Of a stretch of DNA of 64,000 nt, positions 46,727-55,663 are shown in pieces. Position 1 is the stretch's first letter. Every line of letters begins with the position of its first letter. The position numbers and the translations under genes are program-made. The notes beneath the pieces were generated by a model. It made no database searches and was not told where the DNA came from. It saw nothing but the letters and a program-made list of their open reading frames with translations. Source of the DNA: Bacteroidaceae bacterium (GTDB lineage: Bacteria > Spirochaetota > Spirochaetia > Treponematales > Treponemataceae); the NCBI GenBank assembly GCA_963594605.1, contig CAVBEH010000007.1, positions 4,535 to 68,534 on the forward strand, written 5' to 3'.

Positions 46727-47965
46727 TCACACATATATGTCATCCGTCCGGCCCTTTATTATCAGATGTCCATCGTCAAAGGCTCTGCGCAGCACGCTGA
46801 AAAAATAGGAGGTGACACGCTCGCCGTCGGCTCGGCGCACAGGACGGAGAATCTCCTCACGCTCAACAATTCCGCTGCGGCGGCCGGAAGACACATTGTC
46901 AAGAATTTTGGCACGGAAAGCGTCATTTTTTCCGGCAAGAAGACAGCATATATCATCATCGGTCATGGTTCTCAGCTGATCCTGAATGAACCTGTTGTCC
47001 GCATTCACAACGTCATCGGCGGTAAAAAGCCTGCTTCTAAGATCCTCGCCCAGCTCCGGATCATCATCCGAAAGCGAGGACAAAATCTCGTTCTCCGCGG
47101 AAGGAGACATTTTCTTGAGTATCTGGGCAAGCGCATTTCTGCCGTCAATATTCTCGGCCCTTTCTGCCGTAACGGAAAGAGACTTCTCGCGCATCGCCTG
47201 ATCTATCCGGCGGATCACGTCCGGGCGGACAGGCTCCATTTTTGCAAGCCGCAGAACCGTCGCGGACTTCTCCTCCGGACTCATCATGTTTATCACGGAG
47301 GCCGCCTTCTTAGGCTCAAGATAGGAAAGGACGATAGCCTTTATCCCCATGCTCTCGTCCTTGACCAGACGGTAGATTCTGTCCGGATCCGCGCTGTTCA
47401 GATATTCAAACGGCTTTCCGCCTGCGAAGGGAACAGCCTTTGAAAGCATCTCATCCGCACGTTTTTTTCCGTAGGCTTTCTCAAGAATTTCCCTTGCGGT
47501 ATCAACGCCGCCGGAATGACGGGATTTCTCAAGAAGGCTGTTGAATTCCGCAAGGATTACCGAAGCCTCCTCCGGACTTACGGATCTTATCGTGGCGATT
47601 TCCGGCACAATCCGCGATATCTGCTCCTCAGAAAGATGCGGAAGTATTTTTGCGGCCTCGTCCTCACCGATTAGAAGCAGGAATTTCGCGACACGCCTGT
47701 AGATGCTGTCCTTGCCTCCGGAGGAAGTTCCAGCAACTTTGATCAGTCCGCCGGATTTCAGATGACGGACAGCTTCAGCCGCAGGCGATGCGCTTTCCGC
47801 AGCCGGTGACACAGGTGCGGAAGTTTTTTTCCGGCCGGAAGACGTATTTTCGGGAGAATTTTCCCTTCCCCCATCAGATTTTCCGTCTTTATGCTCAAAT
47901 TCAGCGGGTCTGAATGGGACAGCTGAATTCCTGTAAGCGTCAGCCCTGATGTCATTCATATTCAT
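46727..47965 (-). CDS. fliG: Flagellar motor switch protein FliG paralogue with an N-terminal extension of about 85 aa
   Basis: VAKFLLLIGEDEAAKILPHLSEEQISRIVPEIA, MSPEEKSATVLRLAKMEP, LDNVSSGRR match the FliG N, middle and C domains. The first 85 aa or so are Ser/Ala/Glu-rich and low-complexity. Not in a flagellar operon. Confidence 0.85.
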   Translation of the reverse strand: MNMNDIRADAYRNSAVPFRPAEFEHKDGKSDGGRENSPENTSSGRKKTSAPVSPAAESASPAAEAVRHLKSGGLIKVAGTSSGGKDSIYRRVAKFLLLIGEDEAAKILPHLSEEQISRIVPEIATIRSVSPEEASVILAEFNSLLEKSRHSGGVDTAREILEKAYGKKRADEMLSKAVPFAGGKPFEYLNSADPDRIYRLVKDESMGIKAIVLSYLEPKKAASVINMMSPEEKSATVLRLAKMEPVRPDVIRRIDQAMREKSLSVTAERAENIDGRNALAQILKKMSPSAENEILSSLSDDDPELGEDLRSRLFTADDVVNADNRFIQDQLRTMTDDDICCLLAGKNDAFRAKILDNVSSGRRSGIVEREEILRPVRRADGERVTSYFFSVLRRAFDDGHLIIKGRTDDIYV

Positions 47966-48011
47966 AGAATTTCCCCACAGAAAAGGACATCTGTCCGTAA
48001 AACATCAGTTC

Positions 48012-48767
48012 TCATACCTTGTAGTCAAGCGCGGTGAGAATTTCCGTGTGGTCGGCGAAAACGGCGACGGTATGCTCCTCGTGACAGGAAACCTTGCCGT
48101 CACATGTTACTACAGTCCAGTCCCCGTCAACCTCGACATCGGCAGTTCCGAGATTTATCATCGGCTCTATCGCCAGAACCATTCCTTCCCTTATCCTAGG
48201 ATTCGCGCCGCGGAAAGGACAGTTCGGAATGCTCGGATCCTCATGAACCTCGATTCCCACACCGTGACCGCAGTAATCATAAACCACACCGTATCCGTGT
48301 GAGTCCGCTATTGAATAGACGGCCTTTGAGATGTCGCTTATGCGGTTTCCGACCCTGCAGGCCTCGATTCCGGCCGCAAGACATTCCGCGGTCACAGACT
48401 GAAGCTGCCTGATTTCCGGACGGACGTTACCGATAAGAAGCGAATGGGTTGTGTCGCTTATGAAACCGTCAAGATCAATTCCTACATCTATGGAAACAAG
48501 ATCTCCGTCGTGTATTATCTTCCTGGCGGACGGAACTCCGTGTATGACCTCGTTGTTTATGCTTATGCATATTGCGCCGGGAAATTCCTCGTGATACCAT
48601 GCCGGCGTTCCTCCATGGGATTCTATGTAATCCCTGAAAAGATCATCGACTTCCTTCGTGCTCATTCCGGCTTTTACGGCGGGGATCATCTCATTGAACA
48701 TATCGGCCGTAAGATGACATGATTTCCTGATTCCGGCGATTTCCTCGTCATTCTTGATTATTATCAT
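48012..48767 (-). CDS. map: Type I methionine aminopeptidase
   Basis: IHGVP, DGDLVSIDVG, GHGVG, VLAIEPM, EHTV match the metal-ligand pattern of MAP type I. Confidence 0.95.
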   Translation of the reverse strand: MIIIKNDEEIAGIRKSCHLTADMFNEMIPAVKAGMSTKEVDDLFRDYIESHGGTPAWYHEEFPGAICISINNEVIHGVPSARKIIHDGDLVSIDVGIDLDGFISDTTHSLLIGNVRPEIRQLQSVTAECLAAGIEACRVGNRISDISKAVYSIADSHGYGVVYDYCGHGVGIEVHEDPSIPNCPFRGANPRIREGMVLAIEPMINLGTADVEVDGDWTVVTCDGKVSCHEEHTVAVFADHTEILTALDYKV

Positions 48768-48882
48768 AAATAAAACTTCCTTTGTGTACTTCTGACAGAA
48801 GTTATTCTAATATAACCGCCGGAAAAATACAATCTTAAGAGCGGAACCGGTGCTGATGATGGACACTTTTAATGTACATATA

Positions 48883-48911
48883 TTGACATCATTCAGACAT
48901 TCTGATATAAA
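48883..48911 (+). promoter_or_regulatory. sigma70 promoter of tRNA-Val
   Basis: TTGACA (48883-48888), 17 nt, TATAAA (48906-48911). It lies 21 nt upstream of the tRNA 5' end. Confidence 0.6.
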
Positions 48912-48932
48912 TTAATCCGCTGACTTGATACG

Positions 48933-49006
48933 GACGGTTAGCTCAGCTGGTACGAGCGTCTGGTTTACACCCAGAATGTCGGGAGTTCGATCCTCTCACC
49001 GTCCAT
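48933..49006 (+). tRNA. tRNA-Val (anticodon TAC)
   Basis: Hand-folded cloverleaf. Acceptor GGACGGT/ACCGTCC, D-arm GCTC/GAGC, anticodon stem TCTGG/CCAGA with loop TTTACAC, T-arm GGGAG-TTCGATC-CTCTC, discriminator A. CCA is not encoded. Confidence 0.93.
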
Positions 49007-49010
49007 CAGA

Positions 49011-49037
49011 CCATGATGGATTTCATGGTCTTTTTTA
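49011..49037 (+). terminator. Intrinsic terminator after tRNA-Val
   Basis: ACCATGA (49011-49017) pairs with TCATGGT (49024-49030), followed by CTTTTTT. Confidence 0.7.
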
Positions 49038-49115
49038 TTTTAAATCATATCAGTTAACGGAAGACACAGGCTCCGGACGATACCGCCTCACAGGTGAATT
49101 CCGGCAACGGCCCGG

Positions 49116-49526
49116 CTACATTATTTTTCCACGTGAATTCTTAAGCATGGAACGGATTTTCTTTCCCCGCAGACGTTTTTCCACGGAATTTTTTGTGGGC
49201 TTTGTCCTGCGCCTTTTTTTAGGAACAGCCGCTGCGGATGCAATCCTGTTCTCAATCCGCTCAAGCGCAATCTTCCGGTTCTGTTCCTGAGTCCGACGCT
49301 CCGAGACCGTAACGCACAGCTCTCCAGCCGCATTTACGGCCGTATCAAGCCGGCTCATTACAAGAAGCATCTCATCCTGGGTCAGACCTTCCGCCCGTCC
49401 AAGCGGAAACGACGCCTGAACTCTTGTGTTCACCTTGTTGACATTCTGACCGCCCTTTCCGCCGCTTCTTGAGAATGTCAACCCCGTCAGTGCGAGCACA
49501 GAATCATGGAGAAGTTTTCTGTCCAA
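49116..49526 (-). CDS. arfB: Peptidyl-tRNA hydrolase ArfB (alternative ribosome-rescue factor B)
   Basis: RSGGKGGQNVNKVNTRV is the GGQ motif, and the C-terminal tail is basic (KKRRRTKPTKNSVEKRLRGKK). About 137 aa if started at TTG 49526, which has AAGGAGGAG 5 nt upstream. The ORF-track ATG at 49664 would overlap the upstream gene. Confidence 0.85.
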   Translation of the reverse strand: MDRKLLHDSVLALTGLTFSRSGGKGGQNVNKVNTRVQASFPLGRAEGLTQDEMLLVMSRLDTAVNAAGELCVTVSERRTQEQNRKIALERIENRIASAAAVPKKRRRTKPTKNSVEKRLRGKKIRSMLKNSRGKIM

Positions 49527-49539
49527 AAAGTCTCCTCCT

Positions 49540-50181
49540 TCATATAAGGCCGAGCGATGAGAAGTCACGCTCCAGGTTATCCGCATCCTCAAATCTGAAC
49601 GACCTGATTCCGAGAGAGACGGCGGCATCACAGTTAGACTGCCTGTCATCAACAAATACCGCATCGGACGGTGAGATGTTTTCAGCCGTGAGTATTATCC
49701 GCCAGAATTCAGGATCCGGCTTCGACACTCCCATCATGCATGAGGCATAGGTCTGATCAAAAACGGCATAGTCACCGCGCTCCAGATGATTGAAGTAATG
49801 GCTGTCGATAGTGTTTGTTCCGCACACGACGCGGTTTCCGCCGGCCCGCAGCTTCAGGATAAGATTCCACACCGCCTGGTTTCTGACCGGATGAAAGAGC
49901 CAGTGCCACCAGTCCGTTCTTACCGGAATTCCCGAACGGCAGGAGAATATCCTCCAGAATTCCCCTGAAGTTATCTGACCGTTGCTCAACATCGTAAGAA
50001 GATCCATCCCGTCGGGACTGTATTCCTTTTTGTCGGCAGGATATCCGTAAGCTGCGTTGCCTCCGGTGCATCCGCATTTCCTCATGAATTCATCCTCGCT
50101 GATTCCGAGGATTCGGCAGATTCTGCCTTCTATGGCGGCCGTAGTAGTCACAACTCCGCCCATGTCGAAAATATAAAGCAT
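49540..50181 (-). CDS. HAD-family hydrolase
   Basis: MLYIFDMGGVV (motif I DxG variant), GTNT (motif II), VFVDDRQSN (motif III/IV). Confidence 0.75.
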   Translation of the reverse strand: MLYIFDMGGVVTTTAAIEGRICRILGISEDEFMRKCGCTGGNAAYGYPADKKEYSPDGMDLLTMLSNGQITSGEFWRIFSCRSGIPVRTDWWHWLFHPVRNQAVWNLILKLRAGGNRVVCGTNTIDSHYFNHLERGDYAVFDQTYASCMMGVSKPDPEFWRIILTAENISPSDAVFVDDRQSNCDAAVSLGIRSFRFEDADNLERDFSSLGLI

Positions 50182-50261
50182 ATAAGATACAAAAAAATAC
50201 GTCTGGTCAAGGCATATTTATGTCCAGACCTTGAGTCCGCCGTTTTGCGGCTTGGATAAAC

Positions 50262-50297
50262 ACAAAATAATGACGGCCGCCCGAAAGGAAGCGGCCG
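50262..50297 (-). terminator. Intrinsic terminator after adk
   Basis: Minus strand reads CGGCCGC, a 10-nt loop, GCGGCCG, then TCATTATTTTGTG. Confidence 0.6.
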
Positions 50298-50312
50298 CCA
50301 TGAATTCCGCAG

Positions 50313-50945
50313 TTATTCTGCCGGGAAAAGTTTTTTGAATTCGCCGAGAAGGACATCCGTCTCGATCGAAGCGTCAAGATCGGTTATATTTCCCTTCTTT
50401 CTGTAGAAATCTATAAGCGGCTCAGTCTGCTCGCGGTACACGTCCATCCTGTGAAGAATGGATTCCTGCTTGTCATCATCACGCTGGTAAAGCTCACCGC
50501 CGCACTTGTCGCAAACGCCCTCGACCTTCGGAGGAAGCGTCAGCACATTGAAATTCGCACCGCATTTTCTGCACACGCGGCGTGTGCTGAGTCTCTTTAT
50601 CACAATCTCGTCCTTTATGACGAAATTGACGACCGTCACATCAGGACAGATAGAGGTGAACATCTCCGCCTGAGGAATCGTGCGTGGAAAACCGTCAAGG
50701 ATAAATCCGTTGCTCACATCCGGCTGTGAAAGGCGCTCCTTAACCAGCTCGCAGGTTATCTCGTCACTTACAAGCGAGCCGGAATCGATTATCGCCTTTA
50801 CCTTGACTCCAAGCGGAGTCTGATTCTTTATCGCCGCACGGAAAATGTCTCCTGTGGAGATATGAGGAATCCTGTAGTCCTCCGCTACTTTTACGGCGAG
50901 TGAACCCTTGCCTGCTCCCGGCGGGCCTAGAAAAATGAAATTCAT
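50313..50945 (-). CDS. adk: Adenylate kinase (Zn-lid type)
   Basis: MNFIFLGPPGAGKGS is the P-loop. ILDGFPRT is present. The lid has CRKCG...CDKCGG. Confidence 0.96.
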   Translation of the reverse strand: MNFIFLGPPGAGKGSLAVKVAEDYRIPHISTGDIFRAAIKNQTPLGVKVKAIIDSGSLVSDEITCELVKERLSQPDVSNGFILDGFPRTIPQAEMFTSICPDVTVVNFVIKDEIVIKRLSTRRVCRKCGANFNVLTLPPKVEGVCDKCGGELYQRDDDKQESILHRMDVYREQTEPLIDFYRKKGNITDLDASIETDVLLGEFKKLFPAE

Positions 50946-51033
50946 AGTTTCTCCAATAAAAAGTCTATAAGGAAATCCACCTGATGCGGATTTCCGTCAA
51001 TTTTACAGCTAAAATGTGATTCCCGCAAGCCGG

Positions 51034-52443
51034 TTACAGTATATAACGTGACAAATCGACGTCAGAAACGACATCACTCAGCTTGGAGTCCACGTATGGC
51101 GCATCAATTCTTATAGTCTCTCCGCCGTGGGAATCCGCATCAAAGGAAATCTCGTCAAGCACTTTCTCCATTATAGTATGGAGACGGCGCGCGCCTATGT
51201 TCTCGCTTCTTGAATTCACATCCTCGGCGATAAAACTCATACGGTCAATGGCATCATCCGCGAATTCAAGTCTGACCCCTTCGGTGGACAGGAGCGAAGT
51301 ATACTGCATTATGAGGGAATTCTTCGGCTCCAGCAGAATCCGCCTGAAATCCTCTCTGTGAAGGGAATCAAGCTCGACACGCAGAGGAAATCTTCCCTGC
51401 AGTTCAGGAATCAGATCGCTCGGAGCCGCGACACTGAATGCGCCGGCCGCAATAAAAAGTATATGGGTTGTGTCAACAACACCGTACTTGGTATTGACAT
51501 TGCTGCCCTCCACTATCGGCAGGATGTCACGCTGAACACCCTCGCGGGACACATCCTGCCCGTGGCTCTCTCCGTGAACTGCGATTTTGTCAATCTCATC
51601 TATGAATATGATTCCGCTCTGCTCGACACGCGATTTTGCCTCATCCGCAACCTTCTCGCTGTCAACCATGCTGTCAAGAGTCTCCTCGGTAAGAATTTTT
51701 CTGGCCTCACGGACTGTAAGCGAACGTCTTTTGGAACGTCCGCTTCCGTTCATCATGCTGACAATCCCCTGCATACCCTTCTCAAGGTCGTCAAGGCTTC
51801 CGCCCGCAAAAATCTCCATACTTGGCATCTGAGTCCGTCCGTTCACAACCATGTCAACCTCACGGTCCTCAAGAAGTCCGTCACGGAGCATGCGCCTGAA
51901 TTTTTCCCTTGTCGTCTCCTCCTGCACAGAATTCCCGTCTGAAACAGTCTGGACGGCGACATTCTCAGAATCAGAAGACTTTCCGCCGTCACCGTTTTTC
52001 CCGCTCCCGGGAAGAAGAAGGTCGAGCAGCTTCTCCTCCACGACGGATACGCTTTTTCCGCGGAGACTCTCCTCCATCTCCGCCTTGACATCATTATAGG
52101 CCACGGCCATAAGATCACGTATCATTGACTCCACATCCCGTCCGACATATCCGACTTCTGTATATTTTGTAGCCTCGACCTTGAGGAACGGCGCATTGCA
52201 CAGTTTTGCAAGGCGGCGGGCGATCTCAGTTTTTCCCACCCCTGTCGGTCCTATCATCAGTATATTTTTCGGAGCCACCTCATCCCTTATCTCCTCAGGC
52301 AGTCTCAGCCTCCGGAAACGGTTTCTCAAGGCGACGGCCACAGCCCTTTTAGCTTTTTCCTGTCCTATTATATACTGATCCAGTCTGGCCACGATTTCCT
52401 TAGGTGTAAGCGCGCCGTCCATGATATTATTGCTGTCTGACAA
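51034..52443 (-). CDS. hslU: ATP-dependent protease ATPase subunit HslU
   Basis: LTPKEIVARLDQYIIGQEKAKRAVAVALRNR, GPTGVGKTEIARRLA, IIFIDEIDKI. The start is either TTG 52443 or ATG 52422. Confidence 0.95.
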   Translation of the reverse strand: MSDSNNIMDGALTPKEIVARLDQYIIGQEKAKRAVAVALRNRFRRLRLPEEIRDEVAPKNILMIGPTGVGKTEIARRLAKLCNAPFLKVEATKYTEVGYVGRDVESMIRDLMAVAYNDVKAEMEESLRGKSVSVVEEKLLDLLLPGSGKNGDGGKSSDSENVAVQTVSDGNSVQEETTREKFRRMLRDGLLEDREVDMVVNGRTQMPSMEIFAGGSLDDLEKGMQGIVSMMNGSGRSKRRSLTVREARKILTEETLDSMVDSEKVADEAKSRVEQSGIIFIDEIDKIAVHGESHGQDVSREGVQRDILPIVEGSNVNTKYGVVDTTHILFIAAGAFSVAAPSDLIPELQGRFPLRVELDSLHREDFRRILLEPKNSLIMQYTSLLSTEGVRLEFADDAIDRMSFIAEDVNSRSENIGARRLHTIMEKVLDEISFDADSHGGETIRIDAPYVDSKLSDVVSDVDLSRYIL

Positions 52444-52986
52444 TTAAATTTCCTCCACAGTGATGTTTCCGTTCGTATAAATGCATATATTTCCCGCTAT
52501 CCGGAGACTGCGCTCAGCTATTTCCTTTGCGGAAAGCTCGGAGCAGTCAAGGTAGGCAAGAGCCGCAGAATAGGCATAGTTTCCGCCGGAACCGATTGCA
52601 AGAACATTGTTCTCCGGCTCGATGACGTTTCCGTCTCCAGAAATAAGGAGTATTTTGGACACATCCGCGACAATGAGCATAGCCTCAAGCTTGCTCAGAG
52701 AACGGTCCGTGCGCCACATTTTCGCAAGCTCCACGGCGGAACGTGTCAGATCCCCGTTGAATTCCTTCACCTTCGTCTCGAATTTATCAAGGAGGGTGAA
52801 CGCGTCAGCAACAGATCCGGCAAATCCCGTAAGAATTTTTCCGTCATATATTTTCCGGACTTTACGTGCGTTCCCTTTCGTGACCGTCTCGCCGAGCGTA
52901 ACCTGACCGTCACCGGCCATGGCGACCTTTCCGTCGCGCCTTACGGCTATCACAGTCGTGCTGCGTATCTTTGGCTTTTTTCCCAT
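52444..52986 (-). CDS. hslV: ATP-dependent protease subunit HslV
   Basis: [30 protein letters not shown] holds the N-terminal Thr nucleophile region. AGGAG SD lies before ATG 52986; the ORF-track start is 53076. Confidence 0.93.
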   Translation of the reverse strand: MGKKPKIRSTTVIAVRRDGKVAMAGDGQVTLGETVTKGNARKVRKIYDGKILTGFAGSVADAFTLLDKFETKVKEFNGDLTRSAVELAKMWRTDRSLSKLEAMLIVADVSKILLISGDGNVIEPENNVLAIGSGGNYAYSAALAYLDCSELSAKEIAERSLRIAGNICIYTNGNITVEEI

Positions 52987-53075
52987 AGTATTTCTCCTTA
53001 TAAAACCCCGCGTTAGCGGTGAGCCATGGAAGGCGAGAATCACAGTTTGTGAAAGCAACGCTTGAGCAAACTGCA

Positions 53076-53109
53076 ATGATAAAAATTACACGGATGTAAT
53101 TTTTATCAT
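53076..53109. repeat. Perfect 15-bp inverted repeat with a 4-nt loop in the xer-hslV intergenic region
   Basis: ATGATAAAAATTACA-cgga-TGTAATTTTTATCAT, verified base by base. Confidence 0.9.
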
Positions 53110-53121
53110 GCCTCCTGAAAT

Positions 53122-54033
53122 TCATTTTTTCCCATGCGGATGCGCACGGTTGTAAATCTCGATAAGCTTCTCCGTAGTCACGTGGGTATAGCGCTGGGTA
53201 GTCGATATTGACGAATGTCCGAGCATTTCCTGAACGACCCTTACATCAGCACCGGCCGAAATCATGGATGTCGCGAACGTATGCCTGAACGCATGAGGCG
53301 AGACATAATGGTTCGTTCCCTCCGTGCCCGAATACCTTGCGGTTATAAGTCTGACACCTTGCGTGGTAAGATGACCTCCCCTCTGATTTATGAACACAAA
53401 CGGAGAGTCAGTGCCGTGCGCTTCAAGAATCTTTCTCCTGTCCGAAAAATACCGCTCCAATGAGGCGACGGCATCATCCGAAAAAAAGACGGTTCTGTCC
53501 TTTCTTCCCTTTCCCGTGACCACCGCAGATTTTCTGTCGTCGGACAGGTCAGACATCTTCATTCCGACCAGCTCACCCACACGGCAGCCCGTTGAATACA
53601 ATGTCTCGAATATCGCGTTATCCCGGCTTTCCCACAGAAGCTCATCGACTTCGGGACGGCGGCACAGGGAATCAACTTCGGCCTGGGTCATGAACCTGGG
53701 CATAAGCTTAGGCTGCCGCACATTCTTTATGTCAAGAGCGGGATTTACTTGAATATAATTAAATTTACGGCAATAGGCAAACAGAGTTCTCACCGAGGTT
53801 ATGAACCTGTTCACGGATGCGGCCGATTTTCCTCGTCTCGTTATTCCGCCTATGCATTGAAGTATGTCCTCGCGGCCGATCTCTGAAATCTTACGTCCGC
53901 CGCCGGAAATCTCCGAAAATTCACGGAGATCATTTCCATATCCTGCAACAGTGTTCGGAGACAGCCCGCGGACGGCGTCAAGATAAAGGAGATATTCTTC
54001 TATGACATCAGAAAGAGTTTTTTCAGCCATCAT
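53122..54033 (-). CDS. XerC/XerD-family tyrosine recombinase
   Basis: YLLYLDAVRGLSPNTVAGYGNDLREF is the core-binding domain. The catalytic pattern is ...R...HAFRHTFAT...LGHSSISTTQRYTHV. Synteny with hslVU matches the Bacillus codV-clpQ-clpY arrangement. Confidence 0.9.
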   Translation of the reverse strand: MMAEKTLSDVIEEYLLYLDAVRGLSPNTVAGYGNDLREFSEISGGGRKISEIGREDILQCIGGITRRGKSAASVNRFITSVRTLFAYCRKFNYIQVNPALDIKNVRQPKLMPRFMTQAEVDSLCRRPEVDELLWESRDNAIFETLYSTGCRVGELVGMKMSDLSDDRKSAVVTGKGRKDRTVFFSDDAVASLERYFSDRRKILEAHGTDSPFVFINQRGGHLTTQGVRLITARYSGTEGTNHYVSPHAFRHTFATSMISAGADVRVVQEMLGHSSISTTQRYTHVTTEKLIEIYNRAHPHGKK

Positions 54034-54045
54034 CCGCCGCCGGCA

Positions 54046-55644
54046 TCACTTTTTTCCGGAAACGATATTCCTGCCGTACATTTCGGACAGAAATTTCAGC
54101 CAGCCGGAATACGGCTTGCGTAAACTGCCGGCGGGCAGTCTCCATGCCCAGTTCACCCCGGTTGTCGATGGCATATTCATCCGGCCTTCGTCTCCGGCTC
54201 CGATAACATCCTGAAATGGAACAACCGCATAATCCGCGGAGGATGCGAACGCCAGCCGGACCAGCTCCTTTCTGAGTTTTCCCGACTTTACATCGGATTC
54301 GGCACTTTCCGGAGAAACTCTTTTTCCATGGACATATCCGTCAATCAGAATTTTCTGCTCCGTGCCTATATGCTCAAGCCAGCCCTGAAGCGTCTCGTTG
54401 TCATGAGTTCCGGTATAGACAACACATGATGACGTTGTGAAATTGTGCGGAAGAAATGAGTTGGTCATTCCGTGCCCGGCAGCCTCCTCGACACTGAACG
54501 CAAATTCAAGCACCTTCATTCCCGGAAAACCGCAGTCATCACGGAGTTTTCTCACCTCATCCGTTATGACACCGAGATCCTCCGCAATAACAGGAATATC
54601 GCCCAGCTCCGAGCGGACCGCGTTGAACAGATCCATGCCAGGTCCCTTCCGCCATTTTCCGTTTACGGCTGTACGTTCCCCTGACGGCACAGACCAATAG
54701 GCCTCAAATCCGCGGAAATGGTCAATTCTGAGGCAGTCGGCAAGCTCAAGCACGCGTTTTATCCGCGAGATCCACCACGAATATCCGTCAGACTTCATCG
54801 CATCCCAGTCGTAAAGAGGATTGCCCCAAAGCTGTCCGTCCGCACTGAAATAGTCAGGAGGAACGCCGGCCACTTCAGCAGGAGCACCGTTTTCTGAAAG
54901 CTGAAAAAATTTCTGGTTGGCCCATACATCGGCGCTGTCCGCAGCCACAAAAATAGGAATATCGCCGATTATGCTGACACCGGAAGCCGCCGCATACTTT
55001 CTCAGCGAATTCCATTGAAAGTCAAAGAAGAACTGTATCACCTTTATGACATCAAGTTCCTCCGAATGGGATGAGGCCCAATCCCGCAGCGCATCATCAT
55101 CCGCGGAAGCCAGCGCATGCGGCCAGAATGCATACCAGACGGAATTCACAGCCTTCTCACTCCGGGCTTTTTCGTCATAAAAACGCTTTATGCTCATAAA
55201 AAGAGCATAATTATCAAGCCAGGAGGATTTTTCCGCACAGAATGAGCGGAAAAGCTCCATATCTCCGGATGTGGCACAGGCAAGAAAATGACGTGCACAT
55301 TTTTCAAGCACAGGAGTCTTCCACCAGACGACAGCACCGAAATCAACCGGACCTGAGGAACTGATATAATCAGGCGGAATGACGTCATTTCTGTCTGCCC
55401 AACCTTTTTCACAGAGCATGTCAAAGTCCACAAGAAGAGGATTTCCGGCAAAAGTTGAGAACGACGCATAGGGAGAATCCCCATAACCTGTAGGACCGAG
55501 CGGAAGAACCTGCCACAATGTCTGGCCGCCGGCTTTCAGCCAGTCGATGAATTTATAGGCATACTTTCCGAACGTACCTATTCCTGGCGTTCCGGGCAAC
55601 GATGTCGGATGAAGAAGAATTCCGCTTTTCCTTTCAAATTTCAT
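54046..55644 (-). CDS. malQ: 4-alpha-glucanotransferase (amylomaltase, GH77)
   Basis: MKFERKSGILLHPTSLPGTPGIGTFG, LPLGPTGYGDSPY, RIDHFRGF, IAEDLG, TGTHDN. GGAGGA SD lies before ATG 55644. Confidence 0.95.
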   Translation of the reverse strand: MKFERKSGILLHPTSLPGTPGIGTFGKYAYKFIDWLKAGGQTLWQVLPLGPTGYGDSPYASFSTFAGNPLLVDFDMLCEKGWADRNDVIPPDYISSSGPVDFGAVVWWKTPVLEKCARHFLACATSGDMELFRSFCAEKSSWLDNYALFMSIKRFYDEKARSEKAVNSVWYAFWPHALASADDDALRDWASSHSEELDVIKVIQFFFDFQWNSLRKYAAASGVSIIGDIPIFVAADSADVWANQKFFQLSENGAPAEVAGVPPDYFSADGQLWGNPLYDWDAMKSDGYSWWISRIKRVLELADCLRIDHFRGFEAYWSVPSGERTAVNGKWRKGPGMDLFNAVRSELGDIPVIAEDLGVITDEVRKLRDDCGFPGMKVLEFAFSVEEAAGHGMTNSFLPHNFTTSSCVVYTGTHDNETLQGWLEHIGTEQKILIDGYVHGKRVSPESAESDVKSGKLRKELVRLAFASSADYAVVPFQDVIGAGDEGRMNMPSTTGVNWAWRLPAGSLRKPYSGWLKFLSEMYGRNIVSGKK

Positions 55645-55663
55645 TTTATTTCCTCCGGTGTTA

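Noticed and set aside
46712-47443. 243-aa plus-strand ORF
   Set aside because: Antisense to the FliG paralogue, with no supporting signal.
53087-53110. 7-codon ORF (MIKITRM) with AGGAGG immediately upstream, inside the 15-bp inverted repeat
   Set aside because: The SD-to-ATG spacing is only 1 nt, and the ORF is fully explained by the palindrome sequence.
53122-54033. Tyrosine recombinase as a possible marker of an integrated mobile element
   Set aside because: It has XerC/D-type motifs and the conserved xer-hslV-hslU synteny. No flanking direct repeats, phage genes or cargo genes are visible, and the adjacent tRNA-Val is 4 kb away and intact.
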